From NCBI GenBank assembly GCA_964291395.2, contig OZ219856.1, positions 2,240,001 to 2,304,000 of the forward strand: a stretch of 64,000 bases of DNA. Direction: 5' to 3'. Of the stretch, positions 8,831 to 18,545 are shown one piece after another (positions within the stretch are counted from its first letter, which is position 1; each line of letters begins with the position of its first letter). This DNA is from Alphaproteobacteria bacterium (GTDB lineage: Bacteria > Pseudomonadota > Alphaproteobacteria > UBA2966). Position numbers and translations under genes: made by a program. The notes below the pieces were generated by a model. It worked only from the letters and a program-made list of their open reading frames with translations, made no database searches and was not told the DNA's origin.

Positions 8831-9859
8831 ATGACTCCCAAGAAGACCATCAGCGTTCTCGCGGTCGTCGGCGCACTGACGGCCTTCGCGGCAATATCGA
8901 GCCACGCAGCGACACTCGACAAGGTGAAGGCCGCCGACACGCTCAAATGCGGCGTCAATCCGGGCCTGCCGGGCTTCTCCTTCACCGATGACGCGGGCAA
9001 CTGGACCGGCTTCGAGGAGGCCTATTGCCGGGCGCTCGCCGCCGCCGTGCTGGGCGACGCGGACAAGGTCTCCTTCGTCCCCTTGACCGGCAAGAACCGC
9101 TTTCCGGCGTTGGCGGCGGGCGAGGTCGACATTCTGCCGCGCAACACGACCTGGACGTTTTCGCGCGATGTCAATCTCGGCTTCACCTTCATCGGCATCT
9201 ACTACTATGACGGCCAGGGCTTCATCGGCCGCAAGGCGCTCGGCGTGACCAGCGCCACCGAGCTCGACGGCGCCTCGATCTGCATCCAGACCGGCACCAC
9301 TACGGAGCTCAACCTGGCGGACTTCTTCCGCATCAACGACATGACCTACGAGCCGGTGCCGATCGAGACCAACGCCGAGGCGCGCGTCGCCTACGAGGCG
9401 GAGCGCTGCGACGTCTACACGACGGACATCTCGGGCCTCGCGGCGACCCGGACCACCTTCGACGACCCGGACGCGCACATGGTGTTCCCGGAGATCATCT
9501 CCAAGGAGCCGCTGGGACCGCTGGTGCGCCAGGGAGACGACCAGTGGGCGGACATCGCGCGCTGGACGCTGAACGCGCTTGTCGCCGCCGAGGAGCTTGG
9601 CGTGACCCGGGCGAACGTGGCGGAGATGGCAAACGGGACCGACCATCCGGAGATCGACCGGATGCTCGGTACGGAAGGCTCGCTGGGCGGCATGCTGGGC
9701 CTCGACGCACGGTGGGCGGTCCGCGCGATTGCGGCGGAGGGCAACTTCGCGGAGATCTTCGACAAGTATCTGGGCGCCGGCAGCCTGCTCGGCCTGCCGC
9801 GGGGTCTCAACGCACTCTACAGGGACGGCGGCATCCTCTACTCGCCCCCGTTCCGGTAG
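8831..9859 (+). CDS. General L-amino acid ABC transporter substrate-binding protein (AapJ/BztA-like)
   Basis: Signal peptide; CGVNPGLPGFS, RNTTWTFSRD, YYDGQGF, GTTTELNLAD, ISKEPLGP, GILYSPPFR. Confidence 0.9.
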   Translation: MTPKKTISVLAVVGALTAFAAISSHAATLDKVKAADTLKCGVNPGLPGFSFTDDAGNWTGFEEAYCRALAAAVLGDADKVSFVPLTGKNRFPALAAGEVDILPRNTTWTFSRDVNLGFTFIGIYYYDGQGFIGRKALGVTSATELDGASICIQTGTTTELNLADFFRINDMTYEPVPIETNAEARVAYEAERCDVYTTDISGLAATRTTFDDPDAHMVFPEIISKEPLGPLVRQGDDQWADIARWTLNALVAAEELGVTRANVAEMANGTDHPEIDRMLGTEGSLGGMLGLDARWAVRAIAAEGNFAEIFDKYLGAGSLLGLPRGLNALYRDGGILYSPPFR

Positions 9860-10002
9860 CGTCCAAGATGTACACTCCGCCGACCTCCGCGACTCTACGG
9901 TCTGCCACGCCACACCGCGCGACACGGTCTCGGGCCCGCTCGCACGGGACATGCGGGATGATATAGTTCGTGCGGTCCAGTGGCAGAGGAATTTGGCCAG
10001 CC

Positions 10003-10515
10003 ATGTCCGAGACTCCCGCCAAGAGAACGATACTCTCCGATATCGTAAGAGATCTGGATCTATATTTGTCCGCGGCGGCTTTCTTGTTTGTAAGCTGCGT
10101 CATGTTTCTCCTGGTCATCACACGATATCTGTACTCCTTGTCGCTGCCGGCCCTCGAAGAATTCACGATGGTGGTGTTCGTGTGGTTCCTTTATTTTTCG
10201 ATGATTTATTGTCTCCGACATAACCTTCACATAAAAGTCGAAATCATAGACACTCTGATTGGCCAAAAATCAAAGAAAATAATTGATACAATTGCCGATA
10301 TAGTACTACTTGTATTTACTTCTGTAATGTTTTACAATGGAATACTTCTAGTTGTCTTCAATATGGGTCGCTCGGGCGGCAAGACACCCATGCTCGATAT
10401 TCCCTACTACGTGGTCTATATCGTGCTCCCGTTCTCGTTCGGACTGTTTACGGTGTTCCTGGCAATGAGAATTTTCGGACACGTCAAAGATATTCTTCCG
10501 ACAAAGATAAAATAA
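10003..10515 (+). CDS. TRAP transporter small permease (DctQ-like)
   Basis: 4 TM segments; VITRY...EEF...W, HIKVEI motif; precedes the DctM gene. Confidence 0.85.
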   Translation: MSETPAKRTILSDIVRDLDLYLSAAAFLFVSCVMFLLVITRYLYSLSLPALEEFTMVVFVWFLYFSMIYCLRHNLHIKVEIIDTLIGQKSKKIIDTIADIVLLVFTSVMFYNGILLVVFNMGRSGGKTPMLDIPYYVVYIVLPFSFGLFTVFLAMRIFGHVKDILPTKIK

Positions 10516-10546
10516 ACACAATACATAGGGAGAATATATCCAAATC

Positions 10547-11827
10547 ATGGAAATACTAGGTGCATTTGTATTTCTCTTTGTTCTTATCTTCCTTATGTTC
10601 GCCAAGGTTCCCATCGGCTTCGCCATCGGCATCGTCAGCCTGTTGGCGTTCGCCATCTACGATTTGCCGCAGCAGATACTCGCGCAGCGGTTCTATACGG
10701 GCATGGCATCGCAGACCTGGATCGCCATTCCCCTGTTCATCTTCGCCGGAACCCTGATGGGCTGCGGAGGCCTGTCGCGGCGCATCGTCAATTTCTCCGA
10801 CGCGGTTATCGGCCACGTCAGAGGCGGGCTCGGCATCACCACGATATTTTCGTGCGCATTTTTCTCCGCCATTTCCGGCGCGTCGCCGGCGACCGCCGCG
10901 GCGATCGGATCGATCATGATCCCGGAAATGAAGAACAAACAGTATCCGGAGAAGCTGGCCGCCGGCATCACCGCATCGGGCGGCGTGCTCGGCGTCTTGA
11001 TTCCGCCCAGCATCATCCTGATCGCCTACGGCGTCTTGGCGGAAGTCTCGATCGCCAAGCTCTTCATGGGCGCCATGATTCCGGGTGCCCTCCTCGCCCT
11101 GACGATGATGTTCGTGACGTACGTGATGGCGCGGCACACCGTGCCGGCGGAGCAGGCCTTCACCGTGACGCAGGTCTTCGTGACTCTCTATCGCGGATTC
11201 CTGTCGCTGCTGGCGCCGGTGATTATCTTGGGCGGCATCTATCTCGGCATCTTCACGCCCACCGAGTCCGCGGTGATCGCCGTCGTCTACGGGATCATCG
11301 TCGGGTTCGTCTACCGGGAATTGACCCTTCGCGACATCGCGGAAGCGATACGGTCGACGGTGGTCACGACCGGCACGCTGGCGATCATCTGGGCGGCGGC
11401 GGCGAGCTATTCCTACGTCCTCACCCTGAGCGGCATCACCCAGAATATCGCGCTGGCGATCACCGGCGTCTCGACGGAGCCCTTCATCGTCTTGACGATG
11501 ATCAGCGTCCTGGTGGTCGTGCTTGGCTGCTACATCAACGCGATGGGGATGGTGATCCTGCTCACGCCCATATTCGTCCCCATCCTGAACGCGATCGGAT
11601 ACGATCTGATCGCCTTTGGCGTCATTTTCACGATGATGTGCGAGGTCGGCTACATCACCCCGCCGGTCGGGACCAATTTGTTCGTCGTCAAATCGCTGTG
11701 CGAGGAGGCGGACATTCTGGAGATAAGTCGCGTGGTCATCCCCTATATCCTGGCGCTATATGCTCTGGTTCTGACGTTCGTCGTATTCCCGGAGTCCATC
11801 CTCTACCTGCCCAACCGGTTCCTGTAG
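10547..11827 (+). CDS. TRAP transporter large permease (DctM-like)
   Basis: AIPLFIFAG, AISGASPATAAAIG, LIPPSI, FTPTES, ITPPVGTNLF. Confidence 0.92.
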   Translation: MEILGAFVFLFVLIFLMFAKVPIGFAIGIVSLLAFAIYDLPQQILAQRFYTGMASQTWIAIPLFIFAGTLMGCGGLSRRIVNFSDAVIGHVRGGLGITTIFSCAFFSAISGASPATAAAIGSIMIPEMKNKQYPEKLAAGITASGGVLGVLIPPSIILIAYGVLAEVSIAKLFMGAMIPGALLALTMMFVTYVMARHTVPAEQAFTVTQVFVTLYRGFLSLLAPVIILGGIYLGIFTPTESAVIAVVYGIIVGFVYRELTLRDIAEAIRSTVVTTGTLAIIWAAAASYSYVLTLSGITQNIALAITGVSTEPFIVLTMISVLVVVLGCYINAMGMVILLTPIFVPILNAIGYDLIAFGVIFTMMCEVGYITPPVGTNLFVVKSLCEEADILEISRVVIPYILALYALVLTFVVFPESILYLPNRFL

Positions 11828-11842
11828 GATCGCGGTTCCGAC

Positions 11843-11910
11843 GCCATGACGCGCCGCAACGGGGAACCCGTCATGGCTCCCCGCGCGTCCCCGACGGCAC
11901 CCGCCGTCGG
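11843..11910. terminator. Two inverted repeats between convergent dctM and dctP
   Basis: GCCATGACG(11843-51)/CGTCATGGC(11869-77); CCGACGGC(11891-98)/GCCGTCGG(11903-10). No U-tract. Confidence 0.4.
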
Positions 11911-11945
11911 CCGCGTCGGCCGATGGGAAGCGGCCGGGGTCGCCG

Positions 11946-12950
11946 TCAGTATTTCGTCTTGCCGTCCGCGACCAGCGATTCGATGACGCTCATTCCGCCG
12001 ACCGAAGGGGCGTGTTCCTGCCAGATGTGCTTGACCAGCGGCTGCACCTCTGCCGTCTTGACGCGGGTCACCTGCAAGCCCGCCGATTTGAACTTGTCGA
12101 TGATCGTGCGGTCGTACATTTGGCAAAAGCCGTTCACGTGGTTCGTGGCCTCCGTGGCGGCCCGGTCGACCGCGTCGCGCACCTCCTCGGGCAGCCCGTT
12201 GTAGAAGTCGGCGTTCATGTAGAGGCCCGTTCCGGTGACCGCATGATTCGTCTCGGTGAGGAATTTCTGGACCTCCGCAAACCCTTGCCCATAGGCCCAA
12301 CTCACGGTCGATTCCTGACCGTCGACGGTGCCGAGCTGCAGGGCGGTGAAGATTTCCCCGCCGCTGATGCTCACGGGCTTCATGCCGAGACTCTCCAGGG
12401 TCGCGATCAGGATCGGCGAACCCGGCACCCTGACCTTCAGGCCCTCGAAATCGTCGACCTTGTTGATCGGCCGCTTGGCGTTCGTGATGCCCCGAAATCC
12501 TCCGTTGAACACGCCGAGCACACGCACGCCCGTTTCTTTCTCGAACCCTTCGTACAGCTTGCGTGCCGTCGCTCCCTCGAATGCGATGGCGGCCGATTTG
12601 AAATCCTCGAATAGAAACGGCAGCGTGAAGACGTTGAAGGGCTTGTAGAATTCCACCAGGTTCGGAAACGCGAGGATCGCGGTCTGGATGGCGCCGAACT
12701 GCATTTGCTGAAAGACCGCGGGGTCCTTGCCGAGCTGCGCCCCCGGGAAGATCCTGACCTCGAAGTCGCCGTCGGTGTAGCGGTGCATCCGTTCCGCAAA
12801 CTGGGTCGCGTAGATGTAGTGGTAGGAGTTCTCCGTCGCCGGCTGATTGACGTGCATCTTGACGGTGTACTCGGCGGCGGCGGCCGCCATCGTCAGCATG
12901 ACGACAAGACCGGCTGCCAGTGAAAATACATGGAGCGCTTTGCGTATCAT
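11946..12950 (-). CDS. TRAP transporter substrate-binding protein (DctP-like)
   Basis: Signal peptide MIRKALHVFSLAAG...; FPGAQLG, LPFLF, GFR, GLKVRVP, ALQLGTVDGQE; GGAGG SD. Start chosen inside ORF 11946..13514. Confidence 0.9.
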   Translation of the reverse strand: MIRKALHVFSLAAGLVVMLTMAAAAAEYTVKMHVNQPATENSYHYIYATQFAERMHRYTDGDFEVRIFPGAQLGKDPAVFQQMQFGAIQTAILAFPNLVEFYKPFNVFTLPFLFEDFKSAAIAFEGATARKLYEGFEKETGVRVLGVFNGGFRGITNAKRPINKVDDFEGLKVRVPGSPILIATLESLGMKPVSISGGEIFTALQLGTVDGQESTVSWAYGQGFAEVQKFLTETNHAVTGTGLYMNADFYNGLPEEVRDAVDRAATEATNHVNGFCQMYDRTIIDKFKSAGLQVTRVKTAEVQPLVKHIWQEHAPSVGGMSVIESLVADGKTKY

Positions 12951-13209
12951 CGTGGCCTCCCTGGTTCGTTCGAGACGCTTGGCGGGCCGGGATCCGTCCT
13001 CATTTTGTTTTCCCGGCGGCGGCGACTGTTGCCTGGCGGAAATCGTATTCGTGGCCCGATACCTTGTCAAAGCTTCGGCCTGTTTCAGGACAGGGGATGG
13101 CGGCTCGTACGCCGGCCGGCTACGATCTCCGGGACTGTCTGAAGGAGGCAATTTCGGCTCGCCGGACCCCGCCGCTTGGGGACTGGCGCGCACCGACGGC
13201 TTCGCCCGC

Positions 13210-15312
13210 ATGAACGCCACACGCGACTCCGAATACCAATACCGGTTCGGCTTCGACATCGGGGGAACGTTCACCGATGTCGTCGTGTCCGACGCCGGCG
13301 GCGACCTGCACGCCGGTAAATGCCTGTCGCGGCCGGATGCGATTACACGGGCCGTCGTCGACGGCCTCACCGGTCTCATCGAGCGCGAATCGATCCCGCG
13401 CGACAGAATTCGGGAGGTGATCTCGGGCGCCACGACCGTCGTGACCAACCTGATCATCGAGGGCAAAGGCGCCCCCACGGGCCTGCTGACGACCGAAGGC
13501 TTCCCCGACCTCATCGAGATCGCGCGGGAAGTGCGCTACGACATCTACGACATCACCGCGAGGCTGCCCGCGCCCGTCGTCCCCCGGCCCTGGCGCAAGG
13601 AGGTCCCGGAGCGGATCGACAAGGACGGCAACGTCGTCGTTCCCCTCGACGAGAATGCCGCGAGGCGTGCCGTCGAGGACCTCGCCGCCGGGGGCGTGAC
13701 GTCGATCGCCGTCTGCTTCCTGCACGCCTACCGCTACCCCGCCCACGAACGACGTGTCCGCGAGATCGCCTCGGAGGTCGCGCCGGACCTGTTCGTCTCG
13801 CTGTCGTCGGAGGTGTTGCCGGAGATCCGGGAGTACGAACGCACCGTCGCCACGGCGCTCAACGCCTATGTCCGTCCATACATCGGACGGTACCTTCAGG
13901 AGCTGGAGCGCGACCTGGGAGCGATCGGCGTCAGGGCGACGCTGAACATCATGCAGTCGAACGGCGGCGTGATCTCGCGCGAGTTCGCCGAGACGACGCC
14001 GTTGCGCATGCTGGAGTCCGGCCCCGCCGCGGGCGCCCTGGCGGCCTCGCACGCCGCCGGTCTGGCGGGCCTGGAGAACGTGCTGTCCTTCGACATGGGA
14101 GGAACGACGGCCAAGTCCTGCCTCGTCACCCGCGGGCGCCCGGAGATAACCCTGGAATTCGAGACGGCGCGGGTTCAGCGCTTCAAGAAGGGCAGCGGGC
14201 TGCCGGTCAAGCTGCCGATCATCGACATGATGGAGATCGGCGCGGGAGGCGGTTCGATTGCCCGCGTCGCCGACACGGGCCTCCTGAAAGTGGGGCCGGA
14301 CAGCGCCGGAGCCGTGCCCGGTCCCGCCTGCTATGGCCTCGGAGGCGAAGAGCCGACGGTGACGGATGCCGCCCTGGTGCTGGGATACCTGGACCCGGCC
14401 GCAAAGCTCGGCGGCACGGTCCGGCTTCATACGGGGCGCGCGGAAAAAGCCATCATGGAATTCGTCGCCGAACCGCTCGGCATGACGCTGATCGAGGCGG
14501 CAAGCGGCATCCATCGGATCGTGTGCGAGAGCATGGCCTCGTCGGCCGAGGTTCACGCCGTCGAAAAAGGGAAGGATATCCGGCGCTACACCCTCGTGGC
14601 GTTCGGCGGCGCCGGCCCCATGCATGCGCGGGAAATCGCCAACCGTCTGGGGTGCGGCAGGATTCTGGTGCCGCCCAACGCGGGCGTGTTCTCCGCCGTC
14701 GGCCTCCTCGTGGCGCCCGTCATGACCGACGCCGTGCGGACCCACTACACCCCGATCGCCGGGGCCGACTGGGCCGCCATCGATCGTATCTACGAGGATC
14801 TGGCAGAGTCCGCGTCGGCGGCCCTGATCCGGACCGGAATCCCGGCCGAGTCGATCGAATTCGAGCGAAGCGCCGACCTGCGTTACGTGGGCCAGGGATT
14901 CGAGGTGACCACGCCCCTTCCCCACTCCTTCGGTCCGAACGCCTCCGGCGAGGCGGTGGAGTCCTTCTACCGGACGTACGACGAGCTGTTCGGCCACCAT
15001 CTGACGAACGTCGGCGTCGAGGCGCTGACCTGGCGCTTGCGCGCCACGGCGCCGCCGCCCGCGCCTCCCGTCGCCCGCCGAAAGAACGGGCCGCACCCGG
15101 ACCGGACGGGGGAGCGTACGCGCCGGGTCTACTACCCCGACGTCGGAGAGTTCCACGACGTGCCGGTACTGGACGATTCCGGGTTGCCGGTCGGCCGGGA
15201 CTTCGAAGGACCGGCATTGATCGAGCAATCCGGATGCACGGCGGTGGTCGGCCCGCGTGAGCGGTTCTCCGCGGACGGCAACGGCAATCTTCTGATTTCA
15301 CTTCCGCGATGA
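13210..15312 (+). CDS. Hydantoinase/oxoprolinase A subunit (ATP-dependent amidohydrolase family)
   Basis: FDIGGTFTD, EYERT, ESGPAAG, DMGGTT, GAGGGS, AFGGAGP, LRYVGQ. Confidence 0.92.
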   Translation: MNATRDSEYQYRFGFDIGGTFTDVVVSDAGGDLHAGKCLSRPDAITRAVVDGLTGLIERESIPRDRIREVISGATTVVTNLIIEGKGAPTGLLTTEGFPDLIEIAREVRYDIYDITARLPAPVVPRPWRKEVPERIDKDGNVVVPLDENAARRAVEDLAAGGVTSIAVCFLHAYRYPAHERRVREIASEVAPDLFVSLSSEVLPEIREYERTVATALNAYVRPYIGRYLQELERDLGAIGVRATLNIMQSNGGVISREFAETTPLRMLESGPAAGALAASHAAGLAGLENVLSFDMGGTTAKSCLVTRGRPEITLEFETARVQRFKKGSGLPVKLPIIDMMEIGAGGGSIARVADTGLLKVGPDSAGAVPGPACYGLGGEEPTVTDAALVLGYLDPAAKLGGTVRLHTGRAEKAIMEFVAEPLGMTLIEAASGIHRIVCESMASSAEVHAVEKGKDIRRYTLVAFGGAGPMHAREIANRLGCGRILVPPNAGVFSAVGLLVAPVMTDAVRTHYTPIAGADWAAIDRIYEDLAESASAALIRTGIPAESIEFERSADLRYVGQGFEVTTPLPHSFGPNASGEAVESFYRTYDELFGHHLTNVGVEALTWRLRATAPPPAPPVARRKNGPHPDRTGERTRRVYYPDVGEFHDVPVLDDSGLPVGRDFEGPALIEQSGCTAVVGPRERFSADGNGNLLISLPR

Positions 15313-15324
15313 GATGCTTCGGCG

Positions 15325-16905
15325 ATGGATAGCGCAACCCGGCAAATCAACCCGATCGATCTGGAGATCTACTGGAATCGCCTGATCGGCATCGTCGACG
15401 AGGCGGGCGCGGCCATGAAGCGGACGTCGTTCTCCACGGTGGTCCGGGAGTCCAACGACTACACCTGCGTCATGCTCGACGCCGACGGCGCCCTGTTGGC
15501 CCAGTCGTCGTGGAGCGTTCCCGGGTTCATCGGAACGACCCCCCATTCGCTGCGGCACTTCCTGGCCGTCTACCCCCGGGAGACGCTCTCCGACGGCGAC
15601 ATCATCCTCTCCAACAACCCGTGGATCGGCTCGGGTCACCTCAACGACCTGACGATGGCGGCGCCCGTCTTCCACGGAGGCCGTCTCGTCGCCTTCGTCG
15701 TGACGGTGGCGCACCTTTCGGACATCGGCGGGCGGCAGTGGTCGGCGAGCTCGACCGAACTCTTCGAGGAAGGGCTGCACATGCCCGTTCTCAAGCTCTA
15801 CGAGGCGGGGATCAGGAACGAAGCGCTCATCAAGATCTTCGAGGCCAACGTCCGCCTGCCCGGCCAGGTGGTGGGCGACATCGAAGCCCAGGTGGTGGCG
15901 ATCAACGTGGTGAGGCGGCGCCTGCTCGAATTCATGGCGGAGTACGGCCTGAAGGACATCGGCGACATCGCGCGGGCCGTCTACGACGTCACGGAATCCG
16001 CGGTCCGAAAGCAGCTCCGCGACATCCCGGAAGGGACGTATTCCGCCGAGGTGGAAGGCGACGGCTGGGACGAGAGCATTCGCATCAAGGCCACGGTCAC
16101 CGTCGAGGACGGCCGGATTCGCGTCGACTACACGGGAAGCTCGCCCCAGGTCCGCTACGGCGTCAACGAGTCGTACAACCACACCCACGCGTACACGGTG
16201 TATCCCTTCAAGTGCATGCTGGCGCCGGGGCTGCCCAACAACGACGGGTTCATCCGCCTGTTCGACGTGGTCGCGCCCGAGGGCCTGATCGTGAACGCCA
16301 GGTTCCCCGCTGCCGTCGGCGCCCGCCAGCTCATCGGGCACATGCTGCAGGGCGCCATCTTCGAGGCCATGGCCGGCGTCATGCCCGACAAGGTCCAGGC
16401 GGACAGCGGCACGCCGCTGACCGTGTTGGTCTTCAAGGGCCTCGACATCGAATCGGGCGAGTCGTTCCAGCAGATCACGTTCCTGAACGGCGGGATCGGC
16501 GCCACCAGGGGCCGGCACGGCGAGCCCTGCTCCAGCTTCCCGGCGAATATCTCGAACACGCCGGTCGAGATCCTCGAGAACCTGGCTCCCGTCCGTTACC
16601 GGCAGAAGCGGATCCACGAAGGATCCGGCGGCGGCGGCGAGTTTCGCGGCGGCGACGGTCAGATCGTCCGGATCGAGTCCTGCTGGCACCAGCCGATGAC
16701 CGTGGCCCTGCTGACGGAGCGGACGCGAAAGGCGCCGCGCGGCGTGCTGGGCGGAGAGCCGGGAGCGTGCGGCTTCGTCCGGAAGAACGGGGAGCCCGTC
16801 GTCGAGACCAAGGGCGTCGTGGAGCTGGCGCCCGGAGACGTGCTGGAGGTCGCGCTGCCGGGCGGCGGCGGTCTCGGCGCACCCGACGCATCCGGGACGC
16901 ACTGA
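15325..16905 (+). CDS. Hydantoinase B/oxoprolinase subunit
   Basis: SFSTVVRESND, NNPWIGSGHLND, HLSDIGG, NTPVEILE, GGGGLG. Confidence 0.92.
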   Translation: MDSATRQINPIDLEIYWNRLIGIVDEAGAAMKRTSFSTVVRESNDYTCVMLDADGALLAQSSWSVPGFIGTTPHSLRHFLAVYPRETLSDGDIILSNNPWIGSGHLNDLTMAAPVFHGGRLVAFVVTVAHLSDIGGRQWSASSTELFEEGLHMPVLKLYEAGIRNEALIKIFEANVRLPGQVVGDIEAQVVAINVVRRRLLEFMAEYGLKDIGDIARAVYDVTESAVRKQLRDIPEGTYSAEVEGDGWDESIRIKATVTVEDGRIRVDYTGSSPQVRYGVNESYNHTHAYTVYPFKCMLAPGLPNNDGFIRLFDVVAPEGLIVNARFPAAVGARQLIGHMLQGAIFEAMAGVMPDKVQADSGTPLTVLVFKGLDIESGESFQQITFLNGGIGATRGRHGEPCSSFPANISNTPVEILENLAPVRYRQKRIHEGSGGGGEFRGGDGQIVRIESCWHQPMTVALLTERTRKAPRGVLGGEPGACGFVRKNGEPVVETKGVVELAPGDVLEVALPGGGGLGAPDASGTH

Positions 16906-16956
16906 GCGAGACTTCCCCGGCCCGGTGCGACGAGCAGCTTCCCCAATCGTGACAAT

Positions 16957-16984
16957 CCGTTAGGCTCGGACCGTTAGGCTCGGA
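16957..16984. repeat. Perfect 14-bp tandem duplication
   Basis: CCGTTAGGCTCGGA at 16957-16970 and 16971-16984. Confidence 0.9.
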
Positions 16985-17095
16985 TGGCCTTTCACCGCGT
17001 TTACCCGCGCGGGCTGCATCCCCTTCCCCGAACCGCCGCCGACGTTCCCTCCGAACAATACGGCGGCGACCGAGGGAACACACGGGACAAGCCCC

Positions 17096-17236
17096 ATGCG
17101 CATCAACGCCAACATCAACGAACGAACGCTCCGCCGCAGGTTCAACGAGCCCAAGCATCGCAAACGTCCGCTGAGCCTCAAGATGATCAGGCGCTTGCAC
17201 CAGGGGCTCGGCGGCACCACGAACCGATTTTCCTGA
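17096..17236 (+). pseudogene. Antitoxin remnant (HigA-like C-terminal segment)
   Basis: 46-aa ORF MRINANINERTLRRRFNEPKHRKRPLSLKMIRRLHQGLGGTTNRFS; RKRPLSLKMIRRLHQGLG resembles the end of HigA-type HTH antitoxins. Confidence 0.5.
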
Positions 17237-17313
17237 CACCCATTCCCTTGGCGCGGACCGGCGGTCCGTTGCCGTGAACGACAAGGAATTGGGATAGGGC
17301 GATCCGCGTGCCC

Positions 17314-18069
17314 CTACATCCCGCCCGTGAGAAAATCCCCGACCACCTGATTGAAGAGCTCCGGCCTCTCCAGGTGAAGGTTGTGCGCGGCGCCCGGCAG
17401 GATGGCCAGGCGCGCGTTGGGCAGACCTTCGAACAGGCGCATGGACCGTTGCGGCGGCGTTCCTCGATCCCCGTCGCCGCAAATCACCAGGGCGGGCGTC
17501 GTGATCTCATGGAGCCGGTCGTCCGAGCTCCAATTCCTTACCGCGGTCAACGCGCTGGTCGCACCGTCCACGGTCGCGCCGCGGCCGGCCTGAAGACAGA
17601 AGTCGAAGGCCGGCGCATCGTCCCCGTGGAGAAACCATGATTTCGCGAAGCGGACCGCCGTCTTGTCGATGTCGTCCTCTTGCAGCTTTTCGATGCTGTC
17701 GGCGATGGTTTCGAACCGGCCCGGGATCTCGCCGATTGACGAGGCCCCGTAGAACACGACCCGCTCCAGGCGGTCCGGGTGGTCGAGGGCCGTCTGTTGA
17801 GCGATCGACCCGCCCATCGAATGCCCCACGAGGGAGAACGTCCCGACCCCCAATTCGTCGAGCAGTCCGATCAAGGCGCTGACGAATCCATCGATCGAAT
17901 CGGGCGCGGCCATTCTTGCGCTGCTGGCGAAGCCCGGAAGGTCCGGCGCGATCACGTCGAACCTCGGGCACAGATACTGGATCTGGGGAAGCCAGTAGCC
18001 CGACCCCCCGAGGAACCCGTGCTGCAGGACCACGGTGGGCCCCGTTCCCGCGCGCCGGTAGTTCTGCAT
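17314..18069 (-). CDS. Alpha/beta hydrolase
   Basis: HGFLGG oxyanion loop, GHSMGG nucleophile elbow, GDGD, AHNLHLE. Confidence 0.9.
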   Translation of the reverse strand: MQNYRRAGTGPTVVLQHGFLGGSGYWLPQIQYLCPRFDVIAPDLPGFASSARMAAPDSIDGFVSALIGLLDELGVGTFSLVGHSMGGSIAQQTALDHPDRLERVVFYGASSIGEIPGRFETIADSIEKLQEDDIDKTAVRFAKSWFLHGDDAPAFDFCLQAGRGATVDGATSALTAVRNWSSDDRLHEITTPALVICGDGDRGTPPQRSMRLFEGLPNARLAILPGAAHNLHLERPELFNQVVGDFLTGGM

Positions 18070-18119
18070 CCGATGGATCCCCTTTCTTCGTGGTTCCGCT
18101 TCGCGGGACTCCGCGGCGC

Positions 18120-18545
18120 TCAATCGAACGCCGTCAGCGGAATATCGGCCGTCCCGTCGATCAGGCGCCGGCCGTCCGGCCCTTCGCACCAGACCTCGTA
18201 GGTCACGGCTTCGCCGTCGCTCTCGTGCCGGCGACCCGTCCGCACGGCCCGCATCGTCAGCCGGTCTCCCGGACGGGCGGGCGCGCGGAAGCGGACGTCG
18301 AGAACGCCGTCCGACAGCCAGGGCTCCGGGCGGTCGAGGCCGCGGGAGACCTGTTCCGCCATCACGGCGAACAGGAGGAAACCCTGACCGATGGTCCCGC
18401 CGAGGGGCGTTCCCTTGGCGAATTCCGGATCCACGTGGATGGGGTCGCTCGCCCCGGCCACTTCGGCGTAGGCGTCGATCTGTTCCTGGGTCAGCGTCCA
18501 GGAGAGCGGCGGCAGTTCCCGCGGAGCCGCGACGCCGGCCGTCAT
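18120..18545 (-). CDS. MaoC-like hot-dog fold dehydratase family protein
   Basis: YAEVAGASDPIHVDPEFA...GGTIGQG, VRFRAPARPGD; ATGA overlap with the upstream gene. Confidence 0.8.
   Translation of the reverse strand: MTAGVAAPRELPPLSWTLTQEQIDAYAEVAGASDPIHVDPEFAKGTPLGGTIGQGFLLFAVMAEQVSRGLDRPEPWLSDGVLDVRFRAPARPGDRLTMRAVRTGRRHESDGEAVTYEVWCEGPDGRRLIDGTADIPLTAFD

Noticed and set aside
12951-13514. Apparent long N-terminal extensions of DctP and hydantoinase A (similarly PPOX ORF 53127..54632 and LLM ORF 53256..54602)
   Set aside because: Artefacts of longest-ORF calling; SD sites or domain starts place true starts downstream, so these are not fusions.
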